The notes below the pieces were generated by a model. It searched no databases, was not told the DNA's origin, and saw only the letters and a program-made list of their open reading frames with translations. The translations under genes were made by a program, and so were the position numbers. A stretch of 64,000 bases of DNA, from NCBI RefSeq assembly GCF_964355755.1, contig NC_092679.1:21187432-21251431 (forward strand), written 5' to 3'. Numbering within the stretch: position 1 is the stretch's first letter; each line of letters begins with the position of its first letter. Source of the stretch: Antedon mediterranea (taxonomy: Eukaryota; Animalia; Echinodermata). This document shows, piece by piece, positions 22,076 to 40,711 of the stretch.

Positions 22076-25000
22076 TCAATCATCAAACTCATATCTGTTC
22101 CATATTTTATCAAACAGCGGCTTGCATGAAATATTTGCACCAAGCTTCGTACAAAGTAAAAATGCGCCAGCCATCTTGCGATGTAGGGAGTAACTTTCTT
22201 CCGGTGGTGGCGTTAAGCGATGATGCAACATCTTTGACATTAACGTGTGAATACGCATTGTTGTGTCTTGCGTCGCAAAGTTAAATGGTTCATCCGAGTG
22301 AAAGGCTTCTCCTAGAACCATAACCGCTTGAACGTGCGCATCTTCCATTACCTGAAAAATTGTATTTGGCGAGTTAATGTGTTTCTTGCCTGTGAGTTAG
22401 CATACAGGATGTGGTTTTGTGATTTAAAACCTCTATTAAAGGGATAAGAGTTTCCGGAATAGGGATTGTCAATAAAACATATATTTTCCTTCGTATATAT
22501 CTTGGGAAAGTGTCCCCTTAATAGGGGTGTAGCAAAGAAGGCTATTTTATTTACCTTTGATTCATAGCCTGTGAGGAAACCAAGTTTTTGTGAATATTCA
22601 AGAACAGATTCCCTATCATTAACCCTTGCGCCATGAATAATCTGTTGCAAATGAAAAAAAAAATTGAATTGGTGATAAGTAACAATATTTACATGTGATT
22701 GATTAGGAGTGATTAGGGCCAAAATAAACACAAGCCCTTTTTTTCTGAAGTGTCATTTTCAACAGCAAAAGTTTAGTAAATAGGCTTGATTTTTTACAAT
22801 GTTATGGCCTAGCCAGCAGGCAAATTCCTTTACATTCATAGACTGTTAGTCTCAACAGCTGCAGAGACGTCTGTTGTCTTAAACTGAACTTTAGAACTGA
22901 ACATCAAAGTTCGTAATAGATAAGTTATACTTACTCGAATGTATTTGTCTACGAATGATTTATCAAAAACTCTGGTGGCTCCAAAGTCTAGAAGCCAAAT
23001 CTAATAAAAAGTAAACAAATTAAACCAAAAAAGTTAATATGTATATTATCTCATGCGATACAGGTAATTGATTACTATTTGACACATATTTATTGCCACA
23101 AAGTTATCAGTAAGCAATTGCTATGATAAAACCAGAAACCATTGATAGACTGTAATTTCTATAACTGATACAGATCTGCAGTCAAGTGTTTTGACACCAA
23201 TTCAGAGCGTGGACAAATAGTTCATTAGTGCTATCTGCACTTTACCTTATTGCTATCTGCACTTTACCTATTGCTATCTGCACTACATTATTGCTATCTG
23301 CACTTTACCTTATTACTATCGGCATTATAGAAGAAGTTTGACCAATTGGGGTCAGTCTGCATCACAAACCATTCAAAGATCTCTGTCAAACACAGCCTTA
23401 AAATATTTGAGCTTATCTGTGAATGAAAATTATAATAACATTGAAAAATACCCACTAGGATACAGCGCAAGGACGTACATGCATCACAAATGGACCAATC
23501 AGAAGCGACACTTTTGATGATCGGTCAATTGTGATTGATCAATTACTTTAGTATTAAAAACATCCTTCAAACAAACAGTGGCCAACAGTATACTATATAA
23601 TATATAAATGTTACATTTATCAATATTTGCAGATAAATGTTTTTATGGCAACAATGAGGCAGTATCTTTGACTGACCATGTTTCGTGTTTCCTGGTCCAA
23701 ATCTTTGGCTTTATCCAATGGAATTCCATCAATAAGTTCTGTTGTGAGCACTTCTTTTGATGATAAGTCTTTGATTACAGCTGGTACTTTAAATATTGCA
23801 TCGTTCTTTAACAAATTCCTAAAATAATAATTATGTTATTATATTTTATTATTATTGTTATTTACCATACTTATATTTTATATTTCTGAATACTGATTGA
23901 AAATCTTACAGTGCCTGGCAGTGCCTCCCAAATTATTACCTCAACATATTTTTGTTTACCACAATTTATGAATGGGTGTGCGAATGATTCCATTCAGAGA
24001 CCACCCTATCCATAACATAAATATTGCATACAGTAAAGTTTCATCAGCCTTATGTCTCAGAAGACGATTGACTTTTACTTTGTATATCTAACTTGATTTG
24101 ATAACTAACCTGAATAGTTCTGTGTACTTTGCCTCTCTTACATAATCTACCTCCCAACCTAATTCTCTCCTTGCTACATCCATGGCATTCTCAACATACA
24201 AGCCTGTAAAACAATGGTATGATCACAGGAGTTTTAAATAAGTCAATTAAATTCATACAGTATTTAAAATTACTTCAAGTCAAACAGAAACCAGACTTTT
24301 TGTTTTTTATTATTTCTAAAGCTCTGTTTACACCATCAAACTCTTTTGAAAAAACAAGTCTGACATGCCCAAATATGGTAGTGATATGCCCAAATATGGT
24401 AGTGATATGGGCACATCAAATTTTTTTTTGTCAAATAAAGTTTGATAGTTTAGACAAGGCTTTAAGCTTGTCTTTAGGAAAATATTAATGTATTTGAATA
24501 AAAGCATACCTTCTGGAAGGACATTCCAAACTTTGAGGATAGAGGTAATGTTGTCTATGTCACTGTCAATTCCTTTAGCGACACCAGGATACTGAAAACA
24601 ATATAAGAAAATAAATCAGAAAATTCTTAATATTACAGGTATGTGATAATTGATAATGATGATTTATTTATTTTCTTTATTTTTGTTGTCTTTAGGCCAA
24701 GGATTACCAATAGTAAATTAATCACTGTCCTATTAGATAGTGGAAATCATATTTTGTGAGTCAGATTACCTGAATTTTCATTGCAACCTCTGTCCCATCA
24801 TGCAATGTTGCTAAGTGAACCTGTCCGATAGATGCTGCTGCAAATGGTTTCTCCTCGAACGATCCAACCTTTGACCTCCAGTCATCTCCAAGTTCTTTTT
24901 TAAGAACACCCTGAATAAATAAAAAAAAAGAAGAATTAGTAGTTTAAAGTTAAGTTTAAGTAATTATAAGTATACTTTAAAAACATTTGTTATTCATCCA

Positions 25001-27958
25001 ATCAAATTTGTTAAAAGTAAGCATCATTATGTATGCAAGGTCTAATTTACATACAGCAAGTGATGCATAACTTTCCTGCTTGTCTGTTGAAGAAGCAGAG
25101 CTAGGCCCACATAGCCATTTTGAAAATGTGGGTACAAAGTGTATTTTGCAATCAATTATACTAGAATATATAATATAAAAAGGATTTAATATCAAGGCAC
25201 AATATTTGGTGAGTTGATTATTTATTCTTTAGCTAACAATATGCAATGTTAATTTAGTGTTTATTTATGTAATGAATGGTGTAGGCCTAGGCTTAGATCT
25301 GCCTAGCTAGTAGTAGTAGAGTACTCTAGGCCTTGCTTGGCTCACTGCTGATGCAGTCCAAACTGCCTGATTATTTTGGTTCTTCCATGATTGTATATTT
25401 TTATAATTGTCTTCAACTGTTTTATGTTTATTATTTGTATATTTTATAATTTATCTGTGTCTGACTGTGCTGGTTATTAATTAACTTTGCCTTAATGTTA
25501 TGTATTTACTGGTTATTTAAAATCATAAGCCCTAATACAGTATGTATGAATGTAGGCCTATTGTCTGCTTCAGATCTTGGCTCAAAGCATGTGCCTAGTC
25601 CACACTACCTGGTTATTTAGTTCATACATTTCATAGAAGAAGGTTAAACTGTAAGTGATATTTGAATCTTACAATCATCTGTCTTGCTGGCATGAAATCT
25701 GCACTCTGTCTCACTCTTTCAAATACACCTTGTACTTCCGGGCTGATCAAACTGTTATCTGAGAAAAATTATTATTTAAAACAAAGAATTTCATAGGCAA
25801 TTTTCAGTAATTTTCCTTTCGATTGATATACTGAGAATTAATGAACATACCTGTTTTAGTCAAGTAGTGTGTGCTAGCAAAATGGTACAGTATATGGGCC
25901 AAGTACTATAGAATGGACTTACCCTGAATGCTAAGCATTTGGCCTAGTTTCAAAGCTGCTCCCCGTACTTTACACAGCGTGTTCACAACACGGTCAGCAT
26001 TGGCTTCAGTTAAGAAAACACTCTTGCCTGTCATTTCATCTAATAAAACAATAACACATTTTATTTATTAGTTTTTTTTCAATGTTAATACAAAGCACAT
26101 GAGTCATACAGTACCACAGCTACACTCTTGACTTTTTATTTCTATACTAATTTTCAAGGAATTTATTTCATTTTCAAAACACCATCAATCATGTTATTTA
26201 TTTAAAATTAAATTGTTAAACCTTCATTATTCCAGCCTAATCCACGTCTTGCAATCTCAGCTATTGTCCCAACACCAAGTCCAGCTGCTAGTTCTAAAAA
26301 AGAAAAACATGTAAACAATACACAAGAGCTGCATGGGAGAAACGGTCAGAACTTAAATCTCCCAATATATAGATTGTTTTTCTTTTGTATTTGCTTTTAT
26401 ATATGATTTGTAAATATTATACACCTGTGATAACAACTATAGGTCTTCAGTACCTGATTTTGAAACACAATGGTTTGTATTGTAAACTCTTTACTATATT
26501 TTATGTTTATTTTTATATACCTTTTTAAATTATCAACTCAAACCTATGATACTGTAGGACAATTTAATACAGTACCTATATTACCATGTTGATAATGATT
26601 TTTCTTTTATATTTTTGCAAATAGTTTAAGAACCTGTATCCGTCATATAATGTATTGTTTTGATGTATTATGTTAAATTGGATGCACTACTTCTGTGTGT
26701 GCCACCGATGCAAAGGTGTCATTTCCTAATAAATTATTATTATTATGTACTGTCAATTAGATGTGGCCCAAACTAACGAGAAATACTGTACACAATCACA
26801 TAAATTGTAGTGCTATTTTGTGACAAATCAATGTAAGAAAATAACGTTAGTATCTATTGTAATTGTCATTACTATACAATAGATGATATGAGATGACGTT
26901 TTAGAAAATCCCAAAGAAATCATCTTTGTTGTAAAATGTATGAAGTACCTCCAAAGCTCAAAACTCTGCCAAGTCTGCTAGAAGGAACAGTTCGTTCTTT
27001 AGCCCTGTCACTTAGCTGAAAAGAGATAAGTAAGATATTCAAACATAATCATAACCATATTCTTTATTGCAACTTTTAACAAATTTCAATATAAAAAAGC
27101 TATCATAATAAAATGGACACACACAATCAGTGAAAACATAACATAAAAGCTAAACATTTTACATAAATTGCAATATTAAAACAAAATGATATTGTACCAC
27201 TTGTTTATGTCTAGTCTTCCTTGGTGGTTGACCTTTTCTGAATTTTTTAACATCATCTGCAGTCACGCCTGCCGTACAGTAGTTTGTGTGACTCGTACAA
27301 TTCAAGGGTATGAACTTTGACCTAAAACCTGACCATGCATGGTAGTTGCGTTTTGGAGCTGTTCCATTAGATGTTTGTGTGCCACGTCCTGTTGTTGCCT
27401 GTGGAATTGTACCATCAGTTGGCGTTTGTGTGTCTTTGTCTTGCTTTGGACGAATGTTCTCATTAATTCCTGTTCCCGCTGGTTCCCAATCCTCAGCATT
27501 CATGATGTCAAAATCTTGTTCTGTGAAATCCATCTGAAGTAAAACAAAATTTATAAATGAATATACTATACTTAAACATCTAGGCTACAGCTCTGTCTAC
27601 ACTATCAAACTTAGTGACAACAAAATGTGATGTCCCATACTGTATATGGACACGATGACGTCATATCACTACCATATTTGGGCACATCACTATCATTATT
27701 TGGGTACAACACACTTTTTGATAGTGTAGACAGAAATAATTGACAACATATTACCTTGTATGGATCGTCTGTTGGAATAGAATCTATGCAGTCTTCAACT
27801 GTAGTTTTAACAGAAGTTAAGATTGGTTTTAGTGGCTTTAGACTTGAGTTGGCTACACATCTTTCAACTTCTTCTCCCCCCATTTTGAAGAAGGATTTTG
27901 CAACCAGGCCGAAACCTTTGGTTATTTTTCCCAAATCAGCTAACCGAGATTGTGCCAT
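22076..27958 (-). CDS. COQ8: Atypical kinase COQ8/ADCK3-4 (UbiB family), mitochondrial; about 14 coding exons
   Basis: Spliced motifs [25 protein letters not shown] (KxGQ), [47 protein letters not shown] and [22 protein letters not shown] at 27958, stop at 22076. Confidence 0.95.
23228..23322 (-). repeat. About 22-bp tandem repeat spanning a COQ8 splice donor
   Basis: Minus-strand unit gtaaagtgcagatagcaataag, about four copies, starting at the exon end (23309). Confidence 0.8.
24320..24461. mobile_element. MITE family A in a COQ8 intron
   Basis: Same TIRs and 21-bp internal repeats as 14885. Confidence 0.8.
27589..27733. mobile_element. MITE family A in a COQ8 intron
   Basis: agctctgtctacactatcaaact...tttgatagtgtagacaga. 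Confidence 0.8.
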
Positions 27959-28679
27959 TGTTTCTATCTAGAAAATAAGATGTTTAGGTAATGGTACTAG
28001 CATTCTGACCACTGTAAATAATATTCCCCTGGACTGGTTTCCAATATAGATGAAGCTGGCTGACAGGCCTACCCATTCCTACATAGACTACATAAGCTAT
28101 ATAGTAGTACATACAATTATCCCACAATTATATATTGATTATTGACCTACTGTACAGTGTCAGTAGGCTACTACTAGCTGGAAACTGCATTAATACTATA
28201 TACTGTAGCAGGCCTGGCCTGGTAAGGTAGGCCTATATATATACCTAACCTAATTGTTTGATAGTAATTATTTAGAAAACATCGTTTTGATATACCTATA
28301 AGCACGGTTAAATAGTCGATCTTTAGTGAGATTTTAAGAGCTCATATTTCAGGAAAAACAACATGCTACATTCCCAATTTGCAAAACCAGGGAAACATCT
28401 AAAGTCAGAATGGGGTAAACGAAATTTGTTTTAAGAACATATATTGTTTATACCACACATTTACTAACTCTAAGCATTACCATGCAATACTTTTAATACC
28501 AATATATTGCATTAAAATTATTACAATAGTATAAAAATATACTTTACCATAAATAATAATTCAGTAGATGATTGTTGATTTACCTATTGTTGAAATGGTT
28601 TAGTCTCTGTTGCCATTAGTCTGTGGTACCAGTCGTTAAAATTTACTCTTAATAGTATTTGGCTAGGAAGTAATTGATT

Positions 28680-28770
28680 TACAGTTTTATGACGTCTGCA
28701 ATAAGTCTAGTTTTTAAAGGCTATAAATTTGCATATTCTTTCGCGGCAAGGTTCGCGCCGAACTTTACAT
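28680..28770. promoter_or_regulatory. Probable bidirectional COQ8/MCM5 promoter with tandem E2F-like sites
   Basis: TTTCGCGGC (28739) and TTCGCGCC (28752) lie 80-100 bp upstream of the MCM5 ATG, next to ATTTGCAT (28727) and TGACGT (28690). MCM genes are established E2F targets. Confidence 0.6.
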
Positions 28771-28839
28771 GTGACATTTTTGTTCAGAACAACAAACAGT
28801 TTGGAAAATAAAGGACGGAGGACAATAAAACAACTGAAA

Positions 28840-35093
<6,254 letters not shown>

Positions 35094-35931
35094 TCAGGAA
35101 TAGATAATGGGATTCACGTCAAAGATGGTTTATTTATTATTTTGAGATGCTGAAATACAAGTAACTGAAAATTGGTTAGTTGGTTGTATTTGTATAAAAG
35201 TTTAGATATTTACTGCTTACACCGAGTTTCAACTGAAATAAATAAATGTACATTTCATTTTGTAGAAAAAGAATCTGATGAACAAAATAGATAACATGAC
35301 TTTGAATTAACGTAATTGTATGCAAGATAGATAAGGAATGAAAATGAATGTATATACTGTATGACAAAAATAAACATTGCTTCTAATTCATTGTATACAT
35401 GTCTGTGTTTATTATTTACAGCAATCAAAACTTGTGTCGCGATGATTTTAAATCGTGTGATCGATAACAATAGCATTTTTCTCGCATTCTGAAGTTAATC
35501 CAATCTGAATGAAAGCCATATTTTTATCTATATGTATGCGAGTAGGATTCATTTTATGTCATTCAGGTTTAATCTACAAACCTGGCATGATGTGGTTTTT
35601 TACACTATCCTGTTTTCACAAAAGGCCGTAGCGAACGGTTAAAAACAGACTAAGCAAAGATGCTTTAAATATAATTATTTATATAAAATATGACAATATG
35701 TGCTGGGGAATTGAGGTAAGTAGTTAAAATAGAGACACAGATAATGGTTCTTGAATGGAACAAGACGGGTCAATTGATGCATCATCAGTTGTCGTCTGGA
35801 CCATGTAAGAACTACCAAAACTTTGGAGTGAAATGCAAGTCACTAAATAATTCACAAAAAACAATCCATGCTTTCATATAAATGTTTATTCAAACCATAT
35901 TTTGTACTGATTTATTCGTAACTTCTATCCC

Positions 35932-38900
35932 TCAAGTGTCAATGTTTGTACCAGTTTCCAATTTCTTTGGCCAATCCAGGTCTACAGACTGAAATTAAAC
36001 AATATTAATTAGTATTTGCAATGGAATAAGGATACTACGTACACTTGTATTTTTTTATGTTTACTTACTGCAACATCAAGCTCTAAAATATCAACATTGC
36101 ATTTGAGTAGCTGTCCCAAGTTTGGTTCAGTTCGACCAAAGTCACTGTGAACAAACTCTTTGATATAGCTAATAAAAAAGTGTTAAGGAAATAAATATAT
36201 ATATATATATTACTGGTTAACATTCTTCCTTTAGTACCTTCTTTTTTCAAAGTTACTCTAGTCCTGTGCAGTCTCAAGACCTACAGTATTAATACTGTTC
36301 AACCACAGTACAGTACACAAAGTGAAAGGATACGTTCCAGCCTGGGTGCTGAGACTCAACTCAAAATGGTGATCGTCTATGTACTGAGCCTCCATGCTAT
36401 GAATCACACGTTCTCTAGTTGCTAGGTTACGACGATGTAGTACTCTGATTGGTGTCTTTTGGTATATTGTTATATCCTGTAAAGAAACAGACAAATAAAA
36501 GTTGTTTTGTAAACTTCAGGAGGAAACTGGATTAGGAGACTAGAACACTTTGTAATCTGTAGAAGGATACTGGATTTGGAGACTACTGTAGTTTACCTTG
36601 AATGTTTCCAGTATATTTAGATCTTCCTGTGTTTTTGCTTCTGCTACCCAAATTTTAGCTTTGTATGATTTTGTTTTTGCTATTTCACCTTCCTTTAACA
36701 TTTTAGTTTCCTCTCTAGAAAAATGTCAAATCAAGAAAAAAAAGTATAATAAGTTGAATAGACAAGGAAAATGTACGTGAAAGAAATACTGCATATTACA
36801 TATCATTTTTTTGATAATTAAATATTAGCTCAAATATAAACATAAGAAAAGTACTTTGGTATTTACTTTGTCACCATCTGTAAGTCGTTTACGGAAATTT
36901 CAACAGTTTCTGAATTTATTAGCTGAAAAAAACGAAATGATTGTAAAGCAAGGTTAATACTTTAGGTCCAAATTCCAAGATGGACAATTTTAATGACTTG
37001 TTTATCCAATCCAACTGTTTTTTAATTGTTATAGTAAATTGGTTTTTCTTTTTAAGACAATTTTAGTGATGATACCAATCATTGATTGAAATATACTACA
37101 GTACTGTACTTTATAAAATATTATTTTTTAAAGTTTTTTTGAAATATCGACATGCGGTGTAAACATTTTTTAATGACAATAAAAACCTAATTACCTCTTG
37201 TAATTTGGTAATTTCTTGCTGAACTTGTAAAGCTCTATGGGGGTCAAGCAGTTCCACCAGGAATGGTCTTCCTGTAATTTATAATAAAAAACATTTGAAA
37301 TAAAAAAATAAGTAGAAACAATTCACGTCATTTTTTAGATACTCAAAAAACCTCCAAAAACTTGCCTCTTCCTAATGTTTTCACATCAACGTCTTCTCTT
37401 CCTGATGAAGAAAATTTATAATCTGAAAGATAATTATTATATATCAAATACTGCTTATCTACATAATGACAAACATTACATACATAAAGTAGATTGAAAA
37501 ATAAGATTATACTTTTGGCTTTTAAGTGTTTTTTAATCGGCAAACAAATATATTCTTCAACTGAATGAGGTGTTTTACGCTCTCCATTGATGAACCAGGG
37601 TGTTTGACTTAGGGTCCGTGAGTACTTGTTGTACCTCCCTAAAATAATGGAATATAAAAGGATGTAGACCTCATTGTCATAAACCAAAAATAATTTTTTT
37701 TATTTGTTTTAATATAATTATGTATATAATGGCCTGTTTATAGCTCTCATTAGTCAAATAAATATGTACACTTATTTTAGTCCATTTTTATAATATTAAC
37801 CTGCTACAAATGCTGGTGCATAATTCATCGCTATGGTTACTGTACACATTGTTGTCGGTGTGCTTGGTGGCCAAGGGTAATGTCTAGAAAAAATGTTTAG
37901 AAAAAAACATTCATTGGCAATATTTCTTCTAATTCAAGTATTAAAAAAAAAACCTGAAATTTAATTTTTATCTTTTTGACCTCACCTTTCAAGTTCATCA
38001 GCAGACATATCGGACAACTTCTTATTTACGATGGTGCGAGGCACGCCATCATAGTTTTGAGATTTCTGAAAGAAAAAAACGGTAGATATTAAAAAATCCT
38101 TAAACAGCTAAATGTATGAATTAAATTTTGGGCTTACCTTCCTTCTCTTAGATGGTGGTTCACTGTTTCTGCTACCACCTGGATTTCTGAAACAATATGC
38201 ATATATAAATTTGAATATTTAAATTACCTACATATTAATATAATTAATAGTATTTTATTATATACAGTATACCGAGTACAGTGTGTAATGTATATGTTCC
38301 ATATTTCTTGTATCAAGGCAAGATGCTATCATTGTCTTAGCCTTCGAATGGAACATAAAGCTGTTGATCTGGTGTATATACAAGACACATGCACACGCTA
38401 AAGATAGCAAGACAATATTTAAAAAGAGGAGGGTTGTGTTTTGAGGAAGAGAATCTGAAATACTTAACTGAGATTGAATAATAACAATTCATACATTTAA
38501 TATTCATTTCTGTCTTATACTTACAAAAAGTCACATTCTCTACTTGTAGCAGAGTTGTTGATTGAAAGAGCGATCTCAAATGGACTCTGAAAAGGAAGAA
38601 TCATTTATTTAGAGAAATTATTGAACACAGGTGAGTTTGTAAAGCTCTGTCTACACTATCAAACTAGTTTAACAAAAGAATGTAATGTGCCCAAATATGG
38701 TAGCGATATGACATCATCCTGTCCATATACTGTATGGGCACATTTTGACTTACTGATGAACTGAATTTGACATCAAGTGAAGAGCTAAGCTTGGGTCCAT
38801 ACACCCACTTTAGGACATCTTTGATTGAACAGAGTTCTTCTAATTTATGAGAACTGTATAAAGATCTGTAAAATTACAAACAAATTATAATCAAATCTGT

Positions 38901-40035
38901 CTTGAAAAAAAATATATATTGCAACCATTTCTTAAAACCATTTATACCAATCAGTTAAAAAAACAATTCCAAGCTTTAATTTTTAAATACCTGTATGTTG
39001 ACTGCAAATGTTTCCATATAGCATACTGAAAACAAGAAAATTATTATTACTGTATGCATACACATGTTATGTATATTATAAAGCTAAACTAGTTTGACAA
39101 AAAAGTGTGATATGCCCAAATATGATAGTGATATGCCCAAATATAATAGTGATATGACATCATCATGTCCATATATGGGCACATCACATTTTTTTGTCAC
39201 ATAAAGTTTGACAAATATATAAGTAATATTATACTACTATGTGATGATAGGTTTTAAGGGTGATGGGCAGATTTTATTACTTCCAAAAACCTTCTAAAAT
39301 TGAGGTCAGTTCTGGACCCTATGGACACGCCCCTGGACCCGCCCACTAACCTGTCTAAGTATAAACTGCGTTGATAATGAAACACTTAATTGAAATGATT
39401 CATATTTATGATCTGCTTCCTGTACAGCTTCTAATACCTGTCAAAAAACATGACAATTTTTATCAGATATAATTTCAGTTTGTTTATTAAAAACAAAATT
39501 TTCACTATGTATGATTCAATACTCACTGACCTTTGACACAAAAAGTGATGAATTTTTATCTTGCAGTGTACCTAGACATGATATACATAGCAGTTCATCC
39601 TCTATAGTTTGGGTCCCATCAACCTCATTATCATCCATCTTCTCAGACACATTTTCATTTTTGGTATTAGTTTCATCAGATTCCACAGATTCTTCCATCA
39701 GTTTTTCAGTTGCATTTTCTAAAGATGTTTTCTTATACAACATTTTGTTAATAACCTAAAAATATATAAAAGTGATCATAATTGCTAATTATAGAAATGT
39801 GATTGTGTAGTTTGTAATTAAAAAAGAAAACTACAATTCTTTTAAATGAAATATTTTACGTTAAGCAATGAATTAGTTAGTGACAATTAAATTTGATATT
39901 CACCTCTGATGTATTATTTTCCTTGTAGTGGGAATGTATACGAGAGCCTAGATATCTAAGAATGCACCGCTGACAACATGATGTGCTTTGAAGGTCTTTT
40001 ATAACCTTTGTTTGTTCCTCTGTCGTTCCAAACAT
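35932..40035 (-). CDS. PUS10: tRNA pseudouridine synthase Pus10 (multi-exon)
   Basis: N-terminus MFGTTEEQTKV...CCQRCILRYLG and LCISCLGTLQ (Zn-binding Cys pairs); GRYNKYSRTLSQTPW; catalytic SSSGREDVDV; QKTPIRVLHRR; TQAGTYIKEFVHSDFGRT; ends VDLDWPKKLETGTNIDT*. Confidence 0.96.
36169..36333 (-). other. U12-type (minor spliceosome) GT-AG intron in PUS10
   Basis: 5' splice site GTATCCTTT at 36333; branch point TTCCTTAAC at 36190-36182, about 13 nt from the AG. Splicing restores AGT|YIKEF. Confidence 0.92.
38643..38746. mobile_element. MITE family A, partial (another partial copy at ~39086-39212)
   Basis: agctctgtctacactatcaaactagttt...gcccaaatatggtag in PUS10 introns. Confidence 0.75.
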
Positions 40036-40499
40036 TTCGATCCAACCAAGAAGGCTGGAATGGAATAATACGGTAATAAATAATATATTTTAAAGATTCT
40101 AAAAAATAACACAAATGTACTTTGTTATAAAGGACAAGCAATGAAATTGCAATATACGTTTTTTAAGTTATGCAAAAGCTTGGAAGTGTCTAAATAACGA
40201 AATAAAAAAAAACTGGGGCGAAACGACTCCATAAAGCATGAATAATCTTTCAAGTACCATGAAACTATATAGCTTTGCCTTGATTAGACATGCTCTGGCC
40301 TAGAATTTGTTGGCCTACGCATATCTTTTATTTTATTTTTAGATTAATTCAACGAGGCCTACGCAAAACACAGTCACAAAAAAATGAAAATATGTTACTT
40401 TAGTTTAAAGCAATATATACTGACTTAAATTATCAAAAATAAGAACACGGTTTTTAGCAAATAGTCACTTGTGTCTTGTCCAATGTTGAATTCACTTGT

Positions 40500-40700
40500 G
40501 TTTTGATACACGAACATGTGTTTTTTGTATAGATTTTACACGCGTTTCAAACTCTCTAAAACGCGTTGACAAAGATACAATAGCTTATTAACTTTTCAAA
40601 ATGAAACTGCTTGAATTCAAATTTGCAACGCGTTTTAAACGTATTTTACGCTCAAGAGAAAAAACATCCTTAACGTTGTTTTCGCGACCAGCGAAGAAAA
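40500..40700. promoter_or_regulatory. Probable bidirectional PUS10/ZC3H14 promoter
   Basis: The divergent ATGs are 677 bp apart. Three ACGCGT (40540, 40561, 40628) and TTTTCGCG (~40679) cluster in otherwise CpG-poor DNA. Confidence 0.55.
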
Positions 40701-40711
40701 AAAAAATAAAG

